Of a stretch of DNA of 64,000 bases, positions 1-10,604 are shown one piece after another (positions within the stretch are counted from its first letter, which is position 1; each line of letters begins with the position of its first letter). Under the pieces are notes generated by a model. It made no database searches. It had not been told where the DNA came from and saw only the letters and a list, made by a program, of their open reading frames with translations. A program made the position numbers and the translations under genes. This stretch comes from Parcubacteria group bacterium (GTDB taxonomy: Bacteria > Patescibacteriota > Minisyncoccia > Moranbacterales > UBA2206): contig JBAYUI010000002.1 in the NCBI GenBank assembly GCA_041675165.1, forward strand, positions 376 through 64,375, read 5' to 3'.

Positions 1-209
1 CGCGCCTGATTGAGATGCAGATCTATCACGCCATTTTGGAATCCAACGCGTCCAAAGAATCATCCAGAATGCTGGCCATGCGCAACGCCACAGACGCGGC
101 CGGGGAAATGAAAAACAGTCTGACATTTGTGTTCAATCAGATCCGGCAAGGCAAGATTACACAAGAGATTGCGGAAATTTCAGCGGGGAGAGCGGCGCTG
201 GAAAGTTAG
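1..209 (+). CDS. atpG: ATP synthase F1 gamma subunit, 3' end (partial)
   Basis: C-terminal motif E..SRMLAMRNATDAA...RQGKITQEIAEI; lies upstream of atpD. Confidence 0.95.
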   Translation, partial: RLIEMQIYHAILESNASKESSRMLAMRNATDAAGEMKNSLTFVFNQIRQGKITQEIAEISAGRAALES

Positions 210-305
210 TCAGAACCGCTGATTCGCACATGAGACCACGTGATTGCACTGAATTTTAAATTCACGTGCAATCAGGATGATCATGTGAGAATCAGTGGTT
301 CTGAC
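209..305. repeat. Imperfect ~97-bp palindromic element, family A copy 1
   Basis: gtcagaaccgctgatt...aatcagtggttctgac with nested stems; homologous to 27934-28121. Confidence 0.8.
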
Positions 306-404
306 AGTTCTTTGGAAAATTTTGGAAAAAAAATCGTCACGATCTATGTAGATAGAAAGTGACGACTTGGGAGAGGCAAAAGAACGGTAATCCTGAATAG
401 TAGG

Positions 405-632
405 TTATAATATTTTTTCTCTTTGAGCTACTCTTTGAGCCACGACGATAGACAGGATTGTCCCAGTAAAAGCGTTAACTCCTCCTGCTAGCGATGAAAT
501 TGCTAGAACATGAGTGGATATAGAGGCAGGTTCTTTTGAAAGAACGCTTGCTACAACTCCTATCATTAAAATTACGAGCAAGTAGGATAAAATAGCGCCA
601 ATACTTAAAATAAAAGTGGGAACATTTTTCAT
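405..632 (-). CDS. Small two-TM hypothetical membrane protein inserted in the atp operon
   Basis: 75-aa ORF with two hydrophobic segments; AAGGAG SD upstream on the minus strand. Confidence 0.6.
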   Translation of the reverse strand: MKNVPTFILSIGAILSYLLVILMIGVVASVLSKEPASISTHVLAISSLAGGVNAFTGTILSIVVAQRVAQREKIL

Positions 633-784
633 GACAAGCTCCTTATTTTGAAAGAAATGGTTTGTTGGATAAAATACCTTGATTTATTACAACCCCGTAT
701 TATACTCCAAAATCACCAAAAAGTCAAGAGTTGAATTGTCATAAGGGAAAAATGACTGAAATAAAGGGAAAAACAGTAAATTTT

Positions 785-911
785 TAATAATCAATATTCA
801 ATAACCAATACTCATTCAATATCCAATAAATTAATATTCAATGTATTTGATTAAATATTGAGATATTATTTATTGAATGGATATTGAACATTGAATATTG
901 AGTATTATTAG
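785..911. repeat. AT-rich iterated palindrome (caatatt units, inverted arms)
   Basis: tcaatattcaata...tattgaatattgag arms. Confidence 0.7.
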
Positions 912-942
912 TAAGTTAATAAATAAGTTTAAATTTATATAA

Positions 943-2340
<1,398 letters not shown>

Positions 2341-2379
2341 CCTAAGATTCTTAAGTAACTTAAGCAACTTAACTTTTAT

Positions 2380-2832
2380 ATGTCTGGTTCATTAATCAAA
2401 TTCAAAATCATTACGCCTGAGAAAACCGTTTTTGAGTCCGAGGTATCTCAGGTGACTTTGCCGGTAACGGAAGGTGAAGTGACAATTCTGGCCAATCACC
2501 GGCCATACATCGCCTCGCTTGAGTCGGGGGAAATTGTTCTGAAGACGAAAAAGCAGGAGGGTGAGGAAGAAACGAGTCTGGTGGTGTCCGGTGGCTTTAT
2601 TGAATTCAATGAAAATGTTCTGACGGTCTTGGCAGACACGGCGGAACGGGCGGAAGAAATTGATCTGAAGCGCGCGGAAGAAGCGCGAGCGCGAGCGGAA
2701 GAATTGAAAAAGAGCGCTATTTCGATGGATGAAAATGAATATGCACAAGTGGCGGCGGCCATCCAGAAAGAATCGGCGCGCATCCGCGTGGCGCAGAAGC
2801 ATTACACTAGGAATGGCATGAAGATAAACTAA
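2380..2832 (+). CDS. atpC: ATP synthase F1 epsilon subunit
   Basis: IITPEK...GEVTILANH...SGGFIE; follows atpD. Confidence 0.96.
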   Translation: MSGSLIKFKIITPEKTVFESEVSQVTLPVTEGEVTILANHRPYIASLESGEIVLKTKKQEGEEETSLVVSGGFIEFNENVLTVLADTAERAEEIDLKRAEEARARAEELKKSAISMDENEYAQVAAAIQKESARIRVAQKHYTRNGMKIN

Positions 2833-2863
2833 TACCAATTTAACTTATTCCGTGCAGCAAACA

Positions 2864-2900
2864 TTGGAGGCTAAGCCTCCAAAAGGGAGGCTTAGCCTCC
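2864..2900. repeat. REP-like doublet of short palindromes
   Basis: ggaggctaagcctcc followed by its inverse ggaggcttagcctcc. Confidence 0.7.
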
Positions 2901-2943
2901 TGAAAGCGGAATCAATCTAGTTAATTTGATATAAGACAGGTCT

Positions 2944-3081
2944 ATGAAAAGCAAGACCAATCTTTTAGTCGAACTTAACAAAAAGCACGCGGAAATTTTT
3001 TGCTCTCAAAAAATCGGATATATGAACTCTATGGCAGTGGTGGTCGATCAGAACACGATGAAAATGGAAACGGTGGAATAG
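2944..3081 (+). CDS. 45-aa ORF, possibly a gene remnant
   Basis: ATG...TAG read by hand: MKSKTNLLVELNKKHAEIFCSQKIGYMNSMAVVVDQNTMKMETVE. Confidence 0.35.
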   Translation: MKSKTNLLVELNKKHAEIFCSQKIGYMNSMAVVVDQNTMKMETVE

Positions 3082-3098
3082 GAAAAGTAATCCACAGG

Positions 3099-3126
3099 TT
3101 GACAAATCCAGCCAGGAGAGTAGGAT
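3099..3126 (+). promoter_or_regulatory. Putative sigma70 promoter of the Ehr-like operon
   Basis: TTGACA-16nt-TAGGAT. Confidence 0.5.
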
Positions 3127-3208
3127 AGTATTTGTTGAAACTTAATATATCTTTTATTTTAACTTCGGGTAATTCCGTTTTTTTGTTTGTTTTAGGGACG
3201 TTATTGTT

Positions 3209-3751
3209 ATGAAAATTTTTAAATTGCTGGACACTTTATTTTTGGGAAAAAAAGTCACTGAAAAAAGAGGTGATTTTTTTCCGACTGAAAGGGATTTTGA
3301 ATTTGAGGAAGTCGGTCAGGAAGTGAAAGAAATTATAAATAATTTGTACGGTGGCCGGTCATTGCATATCCGAGCGGTGGATGCCGGCTCAAATAATGCG
3401 GAAGAGATCGAACTTACCGCGCTCACCAATGCCTATTATGACATTGACCGCTTCGGCTTGAATTTCGTAGCTTCGCCGCGGCACGCCGATATGCTTTTTG
3501 TCACGGGACCGGTGACACGTAATTTGGAAAGAGCTTTGCTCACGACTTATGAAGCCGCGCCGCATCCAGTGATCGTAGCGGCGGTCGGTGACGGCGCGAT
3601 CGATGGCGGAATTTGGAAGGATTCTTATGCCGTGGTCGGCGGAGTGGACAAAGTCATTCCGGTGCACGTTTGCATTCCCGGCGATCCGCCGACGCCGACA
3701 GAGATCCTGCGCGGAGTGCTGGCGGCTCTCCAAAATCATAAAATCAAATAA
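3209..3751 (+). CDS. NuoB/HycG-like small subunit lacking all four Fe-S cysteines
   Basis: RFGLNFVASPRHAD.LFVTGPVT family motif; GSNNAEE, GDGA and PGDPP replace GSCNGCE, GxCA and PGCPP. Confidence 0.9.
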   Translation: MKIFKLLDTLFLGKKVTEKRGDFFPTERDFEFEEVGQEVKEIINNLYGGRSLHIRAVDAGSNNAEEIELTALTNAYYDIDRFGLNFVASPRHADMLFVTGPVTRNLERALLTTYEAAPHPVIVAAVGDGAIDGGIWKDSYAVVGGVDKVIPVHVCIPGDPPTPTEILRGVLAALQNHKIK

Positions 3752-3754
3752 TCT

Positions 3755-5749
3755 ATGTTGGAAAAATATATCCTAATCGGTATGGGGGTTTATTTTTGCG
3801 GACTGGCTTTGTCCGCCGTTTTGGCGTTCTTCGGCCAGTCATTTAAGAAGGGGGCATATCTTTTTATCTTTTCCAATGTGGTCGGTTTTTTGTCCGCCCT
3901 TGGATATTTTCTGAATAACGCTGGTGATAATTTCAGCTTGGCTCATTTTGATTGGTTTTTCCAATTCGCGCCGAGACTTGATTTTTTGTCGGCTATTTTT
4001 TTCCTAGTCATCAGTGGTGTTTCTGTTTTAGTAGGTGTCTATAGTTTGCGTTATTTGGAATTATATAAGGAAGAATATGATCCGCGGATGGTGCAATTTT
4101 TGATGGCTTTTTTTGTCCTAGGGATGCAAGGCGTTCTGATCGCCAATAACACTTTCGCTTTCTTATTTTTCTGGGAAGTGATGTCAATCACTTCTTTCTT
4201 CTTGGTCTTTTCGGATAGGAAGCATGAATCGATCAAAGCAGCGTTTTTATACTTCATTATGACGCATTTGGGCGCGTCAGCCATTTTGGGAGGTTTTTTG
4301 ATCTTGGGCGGCGGATCATTTTCATATGACCTTAGCCATATCCGCAGTGCCTCGGAAAATCTTTCTCCGGCCATGGCCGCTTTGGCGTTTTTGCTTTTTG
4401 TTTTCGGTTTCGGGTCGAAAGCGGGGCTGGTGCCGTTCCACATATGGCTGCCGGAGGCGCATCCGCAAGCCCCGAGCAACATTTCGGCGATGATGAGCGG
4501 TTTGATGTTGAAAATTGCCGTGTATGGGTTCATTATGGTTAGTCTGGGTATGGCGCGTATTCCCAGCTGGGCGGGATTGGTCGTCCTGTCACTGGGTCTT
4601 CTCTCCGGCGTAGTCGGGGCGTTATATGCCGCGGTGGAAAGGGATATGAAAAAAGCTTTGGCTTATAGTAGTATCGAAAATATGGGAATCATTTTCATCA
4701 TGCTGGGCTTGGCCGTTTATCTTTCGGTTTTCGGAAAATATCAAGCCATCGTTTATGCTCTTTTTGCCTTTGCCATTTTTCACGCTGTGAGTCACGCATT
4801 GTTCAAGACCGCGCTTTTTCTCAGCAGTGGAATAGTTATTAGCAGGGTGCATACTAAAAGTTTGGAGATGATGGGCGGCCTAGCCAAACTGATGCCGATT
4901 TTCAGCTTGGCTTTCCTTCTGGCCATTTTAGGATCCTTGCCTTTGCCATTGTTCGCGACTTTCTATGGCGAGTGGGGGCTCATCCAAAATATCATATTAC
5001 TTCTGGGTGAAAAAAGTCTGGGGGCGGGAACCATAGTGATGCTTCTGGCCATCCTGTCCGCGGTGGCGATGGTGAGCGGGTTGGCGATATTTGCGATGAT
5101 AAAGGTTTTCAGCTTATCTATGCTGGGCTTGCCGCATAACACTCATATGGAAAAAAGGGAAGAGAAGGCGGACGGTCTTTTGATCGCGCCTGTTCTATGC
5201 TTGGGCGCGGGCGTGGTGGCCTTGGGAATTTTTGCCAAATTTTTCATTACTGATATTGCAACGCATATTCAAACGGCGGCAACTGGCGCGGTTCCTGCAG
5301 CTAGCTTGCCACTGATGAACATATCTTCCTTGGCCGTCAGTGGTGCAATCATACTTTTCAGTTTGGCGGTGTATGCTATGCAAAAAATCGTTCTGACTAA
5401 TGACAAGGAAAGATTTTATCATACTTGGGATTGTGGGCAAGCAATCGACGTGACAATGCAATACAGTGCTACGGCTTTTTCTGCGCCTATCAGATTTTTT
5501 TTCCTGACTTTCATCGGCCGCCGGAAAGTGATGCAATCGGAAGCGATTGTAGGGACGAATCCGTGGATCAGAAAATATAATTTCCGCCTGTCTATCCGTC
5601 CGAGTTGGAATGATGTTTTGTATGCTCCGATTGCGAAAAGTTTGCTCAGCGCGGCGAAAAAAATCCGTTGCATCCAAAACGGGCGCATCCAATATTATAT
5701 CTTATTCTTGCTTTTGGCTCTAACTATCACTCTAATTTTTGCTTTATGA
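3755..5749 (+). CDS. hyfB: Hydrogenase-4 component B-like antiporter subunit (HyfB/NuoL family)
   Basis: FWEVMS, KAGLVPFHIWLPEAHP, LAYSSIEN, C-terminal TWDCG...MQYSATAF. Confidence 0.9.
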   Translation: MLEKYILIGMGVYFCGLALSAVLAFFGQSFKKGAYLFIFSNVVGFLSALGYFLNNAGDNFSLAHFDWFFQFAPRLDFLSAIFFLVISGVSVLVGVYSLRYLELYKEEYDPRMVQFLMAFFVLGMQGVLIANNTFAFLFFWEVMSITSFFLVFSDRKHESIKAAFLYFIMTHLGASAILGGFLILGGGSFSYDLSHIRSASENLSPAMAALAFLLFVFGFGSKAGLVPFHIWLPEAHPQAPSNISAMMSGLMLKIAVYGFIMVSLGMARIPSWAGLVVLSLGLLSGVVGALYAAVERDMKKALAYSSIENMGIIFIMLGLAVYLSVFGKYQAIVYALFAFAIFHAVSHALFKTALFLSSGIVISRVHTKSLEMMGGLAKLMPIFSLAFLLAILGSLPLPLFATFYGEWGLIQNIILLLGEKSLGAGTIVMLLAILSAVAMVSGLAIFAMIKVFSLSMLGLPHNTHMEKREEKADGLLIAPVLCLGAGVVALGIFAKFFITDIATHIQTAATGAVPAASLPLMNISSLAVSGAIILFSLAVYAMQKIVLTNDKERFYHTWDCGQAIDVTMQYSATAFSAPIRFFFLTFIGRRKVMQSEAIVGTNPWIRKYNFRLSIRPSWNDVLYAPIAKSLLSAAKKIRCIQNGRIQYYILFLLLALTITLIFAL

Positions 5750-7341
5750 ATCCGATAATCGCCACTCTGATCCAAATCGTTTTTGTCCTAGCTATCGCGC
5801 CATATGCCACGGGTCTGGTGAAATTTTTAAAGGCGCGTTTGCAAGGCCGAGATGGCGCTTCGCCTTTTTTGTCCTATGTCACTGTGGCGACGCTGCTCAA
5901 AAAAGAAATGGTGATATCTGAAACGGTTTCGTGGATATGGCGCGCGGTGCCGTTCGTTGTTTTCGGCAGTGTGGTTTTTTTGGCGGCTATCGTCCCGCTT
6001 GTTTTTACAGGCGCCGCGTTGGCATCACTCAGTGATTTTTTGGTGGTGGCGGGGGTGTTGGCAGTCGGCTCAATCTTTTTGGTACTAGGCGGATTGGATG
6101 CGGGCAGCGCTTTTGGCGGGATGGGATCCAGCCGGGAAATGACTATTGCGGCGCTCATCGAGCCGGTCGTCATTATGATTTTTGCCACTGTCAGTTTCAT
6201 TACTAAACAATCCACGCTGGATGGTATGTTGGGCGCGCAAGTCGGATTCCAGCCATATCTGATTTTGACTGTTATTGCCCTTGTCTTGGTGGCTTTGGCG
6301 GAAAACGCGCGCTATCCTGTGGATAATCCGGCCACCCATTTGGAGCTGACCATGGTGCATGAAGCGATGATATTGGAATATAGCGGAAAATATTTAGCCC
6401 TTTTGGAATACGCGTATTCCATAAAGCTAGTGGTTTTTTCATTGCTCATCGCTAATTTTATCTTCCCGATGTCACTGGTCGGGGCGCACACAATGGGAAT
6501 GGGGGCGTTGGGAATGGGACTTTTGCTCAGCACCGCAAAGGTCATTTCAGCGATGATGGGTCTGGCTTTTCTCGAATCGGTTATGGCCAAGATGCGGTTC
6601 TATCGGATGTCGGAATATTTCTCTATCGCATATGTCGTGGCATTTTTAGGAATGATCACGGCACTCCTTATGAATTTCGGAGAAATGTCCTTGCAATACA
6701 ACGCGCTCTTTTCTCTTTTGGCGGTGGTGTGCGTAGTGCTCCTCTTTGGGCGAGTGCGTTTGAAAGCGATTTTGCGTTATTATGCATTTTCTTCTTTGGC
6801 CATCGCGGCCTTGGCTCTGAGTCTGCTTCCATTGGTGGCGGAAGAGGAAAGGGCGCATCTGTGGCTGTTTGCTATTTTCACTATCATCACGAAAACAATG
6901 GCTGTGCCGTATGTCATCAATCGATCGAGCCATGCCAAAAGGAGCCTGACAAATCTGCCCTCTTTTCTCCGTCCGGGAAAAAGCTATTTTTTGGCTGTTT
7001 TTCTTATGATCCTGACCTATTTCACTTTGCGGAACATTTCTATTACGGGCTTGGTCAAATGGAACTCACTGCTATATGCTTCGGTGACACTGATAGTTTT
7101 GGGGATTACGATGATGATCATCAAGCGCAATATTTTTTCTCAGATTGTGGGACTGCTCATCATTGAAAACGGCATCGCGGTTTTTGTTCTGGCCACGGTC
7201 GGTTCCCTTCCGATTGTCATCGAATTTGGAATTTTCGCGGTGACGGTGGCGACTGCGTATATTTTAGCGATATTGAGTTCACAGATCAGTCAGCTGTATG
7301 GCAGCACGGACACGGATGATCTGCGCGGACTGACGGAATAA
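5746..7341 (+). CDS. Fused HyfC (NuoH-like) + HyfE membrane subunit
   Basis: KARLQGR, SAFGGMGSSRE, ENARYPVDNPATHLELTMVHEAM, then HyfE-like SQIVGLLIIENGI; ATGA overlap with hyfB stop. Confidence 0.88.
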   Translation: MNPIIATLIQIVFVLAIAPYATGLVKFLKARLQGRDGASPFLSYVTVATLLKKEMVISETVSWIWRAVPFVVFGSVVFLAAIVPLVFTGAALASLSDFLVVAGVLAVGSIFLVLGGLDAGSAFGGMGSSREMTIAALIEPVVIMIFATVSFITKQSTLDGMLGAQVGFQPYLILTVIALVLVALAENARYPVDNPATHLELTMVHEAMILEYSGKYLALLEYAYSIKLVVFSLLIANFIFPMSLVGAHTMGMGALGMGLLLSTAKVISAMMGLAFLESVMAKMRFYRMSEYFSIAYVVAFLGMITALLMNFGEMSLQYNALFSLLAVVCVVLLFGRVRLKAILRYYAFSSLAIAALALSLLPLVAEEERAHLWLFAIFTIITKTMAVPYVINRSSHAKRSLTNLPSFLRPGKSYFLAVFLMILTYFTLRNISITGLVKWNSLLYASVTLIVLGITMMIIKRNIFSQIVGLLIIENGIAVFVLATVGSLPIVIEFGIFAVTVATAYILAILSSQISQLYGSTDTDDLRGLTE

Positions 7342-7366
7342 TATATTTTTCTTAATCTAATTTTTT

Positions 7367-8866
7367 ATGAATCCGATTTTTCTAGCCATTCCATCCATCT
7401 TAGCGACTGTTTGGACGATGGCGTCAAAGAACGAAAAAACCGCGCGCTTGGGCAACTTGTCCTTTTCCTTGTTCGGTTTTTTGGCGATGATTTTTTATGC
7501 GGTGCCATTCCTTTTCAGTTTTGAAAGAGGCTTTCTGAACGCGTGGCTGCGGATGGATAGTTTTTCAGCGCTTATGACTGTGCTCATCGCGTGTGTCTAT
7601 ATCTTCGCTTCGATCATCAGTGTGCGTTATATCGGGCATGAATATGCGGAGAAAATCATTACATTTTTGCAGTATAAGATGTATTTCGCGCTTTTCCATC
7701 TGTTTACCTTGTGTATGTTGGTAGCGGTTTTGGCCAACAACGTCCTTCTTCTTTGGTTGGCTTTGGAAGGGACGACGCTTTTTTCCACTTTTCTAGTGGG
7801 GCTCTATCGTCGAAAAACCAGCATGGAAGCGGCGTGGAAATATATGATCCTTTGTTCGACGGGTATCAGCTTAGGTCTTTTGGGTATTTTGCTTTTGAGT
7901 TATGGTGCGCATGTGGGTGGAGTGATGGAAGGCAATATTTTTCTTTTGGACAAATTAGCGGAAAATGCCGCGGTCATTCCGGCCAATATCGTTAAACTGG
8001 CGTTCGTTTTCCTGTTTATCGGTTTTGGCACTAAGGTCGGATTGGCGCCGATGCATACTTGGCTGCCGGATGCGCACAGCAAAGCGCCGTCACCCATCTC
8101 GGCCATTTTTTCCGCCGTGCTTTTGAATGTTGCACTCTATGCCATTTTGCGTTTCAAATTCATCACTGACAGCGCTTTTCTGGGATCTTCTTGGACCAAT
8201 CATTTGTTTTTGATTTTTGGATTTTTTTCAGTGGTGCTGAGTGCGCTTATGATGCTTATCCAAGTCAATTATAAAAGAATGCTGGCCTATTCCAGCATTG
8301 AACATATGGGTCTCATGCTTTTTTCGTTAGGCATGCCGCCGCTCGGAGCAGTGGCGGCGGTGATGCATATGATCGCTCACACTTTCACCAAATCAGCTTT
8401 GTTTTTCGGGGCGGGCGAAATTTTGATCCGTTGGAAAACCACTAAGATCTCCAAGATAAAAAATATGTTTGCCGAAGCGAAATATACCAGTATCCTATTT
8501 TTGACCGGTATCGTGGCGATCGTGGCGATCCCGCCGTCAGCAATGTTTGTCAGTGAATACGCGATGTTTTCGCAAGCGATCATCCAACATCCGCTGGTGG
8601 CCATCTTGCTCTTCATTGCTCTGGGTATCATCGCGTATGCGATGCTGTCACTCAGCATGGAAATGATTTTTACGACTGACGAGGAAGGGGCAAAAGAAGT
8701 GACCCGCCTACGCTCTACGAGCTCCGGCGCGGCAAGGGAGCGTTGGAATGTGACACATACGATAATGACGGTCGAATTGGCTACAGTGGTGTTCTTGGCT
8801 TGGTGGTTCACGACGCCTATGGCGATGAAGGTGATCGGCAATATCGTGAAAACTTTTATTTATTAA
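7367..8866 (+). CDS. hyfF: Hydrogenase-4 component F-like antiporter subunit
   Basis: LEGTT, EAAWKY, GTKVGLAPMHTWLPDAHS, KRMLAYSSIEHMG. Confidence 0.9.
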   Translation: MNPIFLAIPSILATVWTMASKNEKTARLGNLSFSLFGFLAMIFYAVPFLFSFERGFLNAWLRMDSFSALMTVLIACVYIFASIISVRYIGHEYAEKIITFLQYKMYFALFHLFTLCMLVAVLANNVLLLWLALEGTTLFSTFLVGLYRRKTSMEAAWKYMILCSTGISLGLLGILLLSYGAHVGGVMEGNIFLLDKLAENAAVIPANIVKLAFVFLFIGFGTKVGLAPMHTWLPDAHSKAPSPISAIFSAVLLNVALYAILRFKFITDSAFLGSSWTNHLFLIFGFFSVVLSALMMLIQVNYKRMLAYSSIEHMGLMLFSLGMPPLGAVAAVMHMIAHTFTKSALFFGAGEILIRWKTTKISKIKNMFAEAKYTSILFLTGIVAIVAIPPSAMFVSEYAMFSQAIIQHPLVAILLFIALGIIAYAMLSLSMEMIFTTDEEGAKEVTRLRSTSSGAARERWNVTHTIMTVELATVVFLAWWFTTPMAMKVIGNIVKTFIY

Positions 8867-8885
8867 TTGGTTTTGAAAAGGGCTT

Positions 8886-10448
8886 ATGAATATTCAAGAA
8901 ATTATCAAAAAATTTGGAGAAGAGCTGATACCGAGAGCGGAAAAAAATGATTTGATAGAGGTTCAGGCTTCGCGTGAGGATCTGGCCAAAGTGGCGACAG
9001 TGCTTTTCAAAGAACATGGATTTCCGTTATCGCATATGTTCGGTACGGATGATCGGAGAGAAAGCGACAGCTTTGGAGTGCACGTTGTTTTCAGCATTCC
9101 TGCCGAAAAGAAATGGTTGAAAATTTCAGCCGAAATTCCGGCTTCGGATCCGCAATACCCGTCGCTTACCAGAACTATCATGGCCGCCCATTGGTATGAA
9201 AGATATTTGCGCGATATGTTCGGCGTGACGCCCATGGGTCATCCGGATCTGCGCCGTTTGGTGCATCATGAAAACATACCGGAAGACACTCATCCGTTAT
9301 GCAAGGATTTTTTGTGGAACACGAAACTGAAAAAAGACAGCGTGCCTTATCCGATGCATCACGTAACAGGCGAAGGAATTTTTGAGATTCCCGTCGGACC
9401 GATCCATGCCGGCATCATCGAACCGGGACATTTTCGCTTCAATGTGGCGGGGGAAAGAATCTTGACTTTGGAAGGTAAATTATTCTTCACGCATAAGGGC
9501 GTGGAAAAATTGGTGGAAGGCAAAAATATCTTAGAGACTTTGCCGTTCATCGAAAGGATTTCGGGCGATGCCGCGGCTTCGTATGCTTTGGCCTATTCTC
9601 AGGCGGTGGAAAAAATCTGCGATTGCGCGGTGCCGCGCCGCGCCCTTCAACTGCGCGCTATTTTGACTGAGTGTGAACGGATCACGATGCATATCCATGA
9701 CTTGGCCAATATCGGCGGAATGGGCACGGGCTACAGTTTCATCGTGGCCAATGGATGGCGCATCAAAGAAAGAATGATGCGTCTGTCACAAGACATCTGT
9801 GGCAATCGGTTTTGGCGGGGAATGATCGTGCCTGGTGGAGTCAAATATGATATTGTCGAAACAGATTTGAAAAAAATATTAAGCGTGTCGGAAGCGGCGT
9901 GGAGAGAAATGGAAAAAATCACTATCATCGCGCTCGACAGCGAAGGCTTTTTGGATCGCTTGCAGTATACGGGGGAATTGTCTAAAGAGGCGGCCGAAGC
10001 TTTTGGCGCGGTCGGACCCGCGGCGCGGGCGTCCAAGATCAATCGCGATGTCCGGCGTGATCACCCGTATGCTTCCTACGGAGAATTTCCAATTAAAGTG
10101 ATAACCAAAAAAAGCAAAGATGTTTTCGCGCGTTACCGGATGCGGACCAAGGAGATTGAACAATCAATAGTCCTGATTAAGACTCTGGTAGAAAAAATGG
10201 AGGAAGGGAATATTATTGAGAAATGTGAAACGCGCGATGGTTTTGCTCTCGGTGCCGTGGAATCTTGGCGCGGAGAACTTCTGTGCGCTTTGCAGATCAA
10301 AAATGGCGTGATTGGTCGGTGCGCTCCACGTGATCCATCTTTTTGCAATTGGGCGCTTTTTGGCATCATGGGTCCCGGCAACATCGTGCCGGATTTTCCG
10401 CTCATCAATAAGAGTTTGAATCTGTCTTATTCCGGGACGGATCTGTAA
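8886..10448 (+). CDS. HycE/HyfG-like large subunit (NuoC+NuoD), Ehr type, no NiFe-binding cysteines
   Basis: GPIHAGIIEPGHFRF, HKGVEK; ERISGD and NKSLNLSYSGTDL in place of the two CxxC motifs. Confidence 0.92.
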   Translation: MNIQEIIKKFGEELIPRAEKNDLIEVQASREDLAKVATVLFKEHGFPLSHMFGTDDRRESDSFGVHVVFSIPAEKKWLKISAEIPASDPQYPSLTRTIMAAHWYERYLRDMFGVTPMGHPDLRRLVHHENIPEDTHPLCKDFLWNTKLKKDSVPYPMHHVTGEGIFEIPVGPIHAGIIEPGHFRFNVAGERILTLEGKLFFTHKGVEKLVEGKNILETLPFIERISGDAAASYALAYSQAVEKICDCAVPRRALQLRAILTECERITMHIHDLANIGGMGTGYSFIVANGWRIKERMMRLSQDICGNRFWRGMIVPGGVKYDIVETDLKKILSVSEAAWREMEKITIIALDSEGFLDRLQYTGELSKEAAEAFGAVGPAARASKINRDVRRDHPYASYGEFPIKVITKKSKDVFARYRMRTKEIEQSIVLIKTLVEKMEEGNIIEKCETRDGFALGAVESWRGELLCALQIKNGVIGRCAPRDPSFCNWALFGIMGPGNIVPDFPLINKSLNLSYSGTDL

Positions 10449-10604
10449 AAATATAATAAAGGAATGCTTGGGTCGTGAAGCTTTCGAGCTTCGCGATTTT
10501 TTTATGTACTTACATATCTCCTTACATAGGTACTTACCTCGGTTTACTTGAAAAAGGTGGCTAAGTGGGGTAAAATAGAAAAGTAGACAAACTTAGGGAC
10601 TTTT

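Noticed and set aside
8886-10448. Functional NiFe hydrogenase
   Set aside because: Both Ni-binding CxxC motifs are absent and no hyp genes are in the window.
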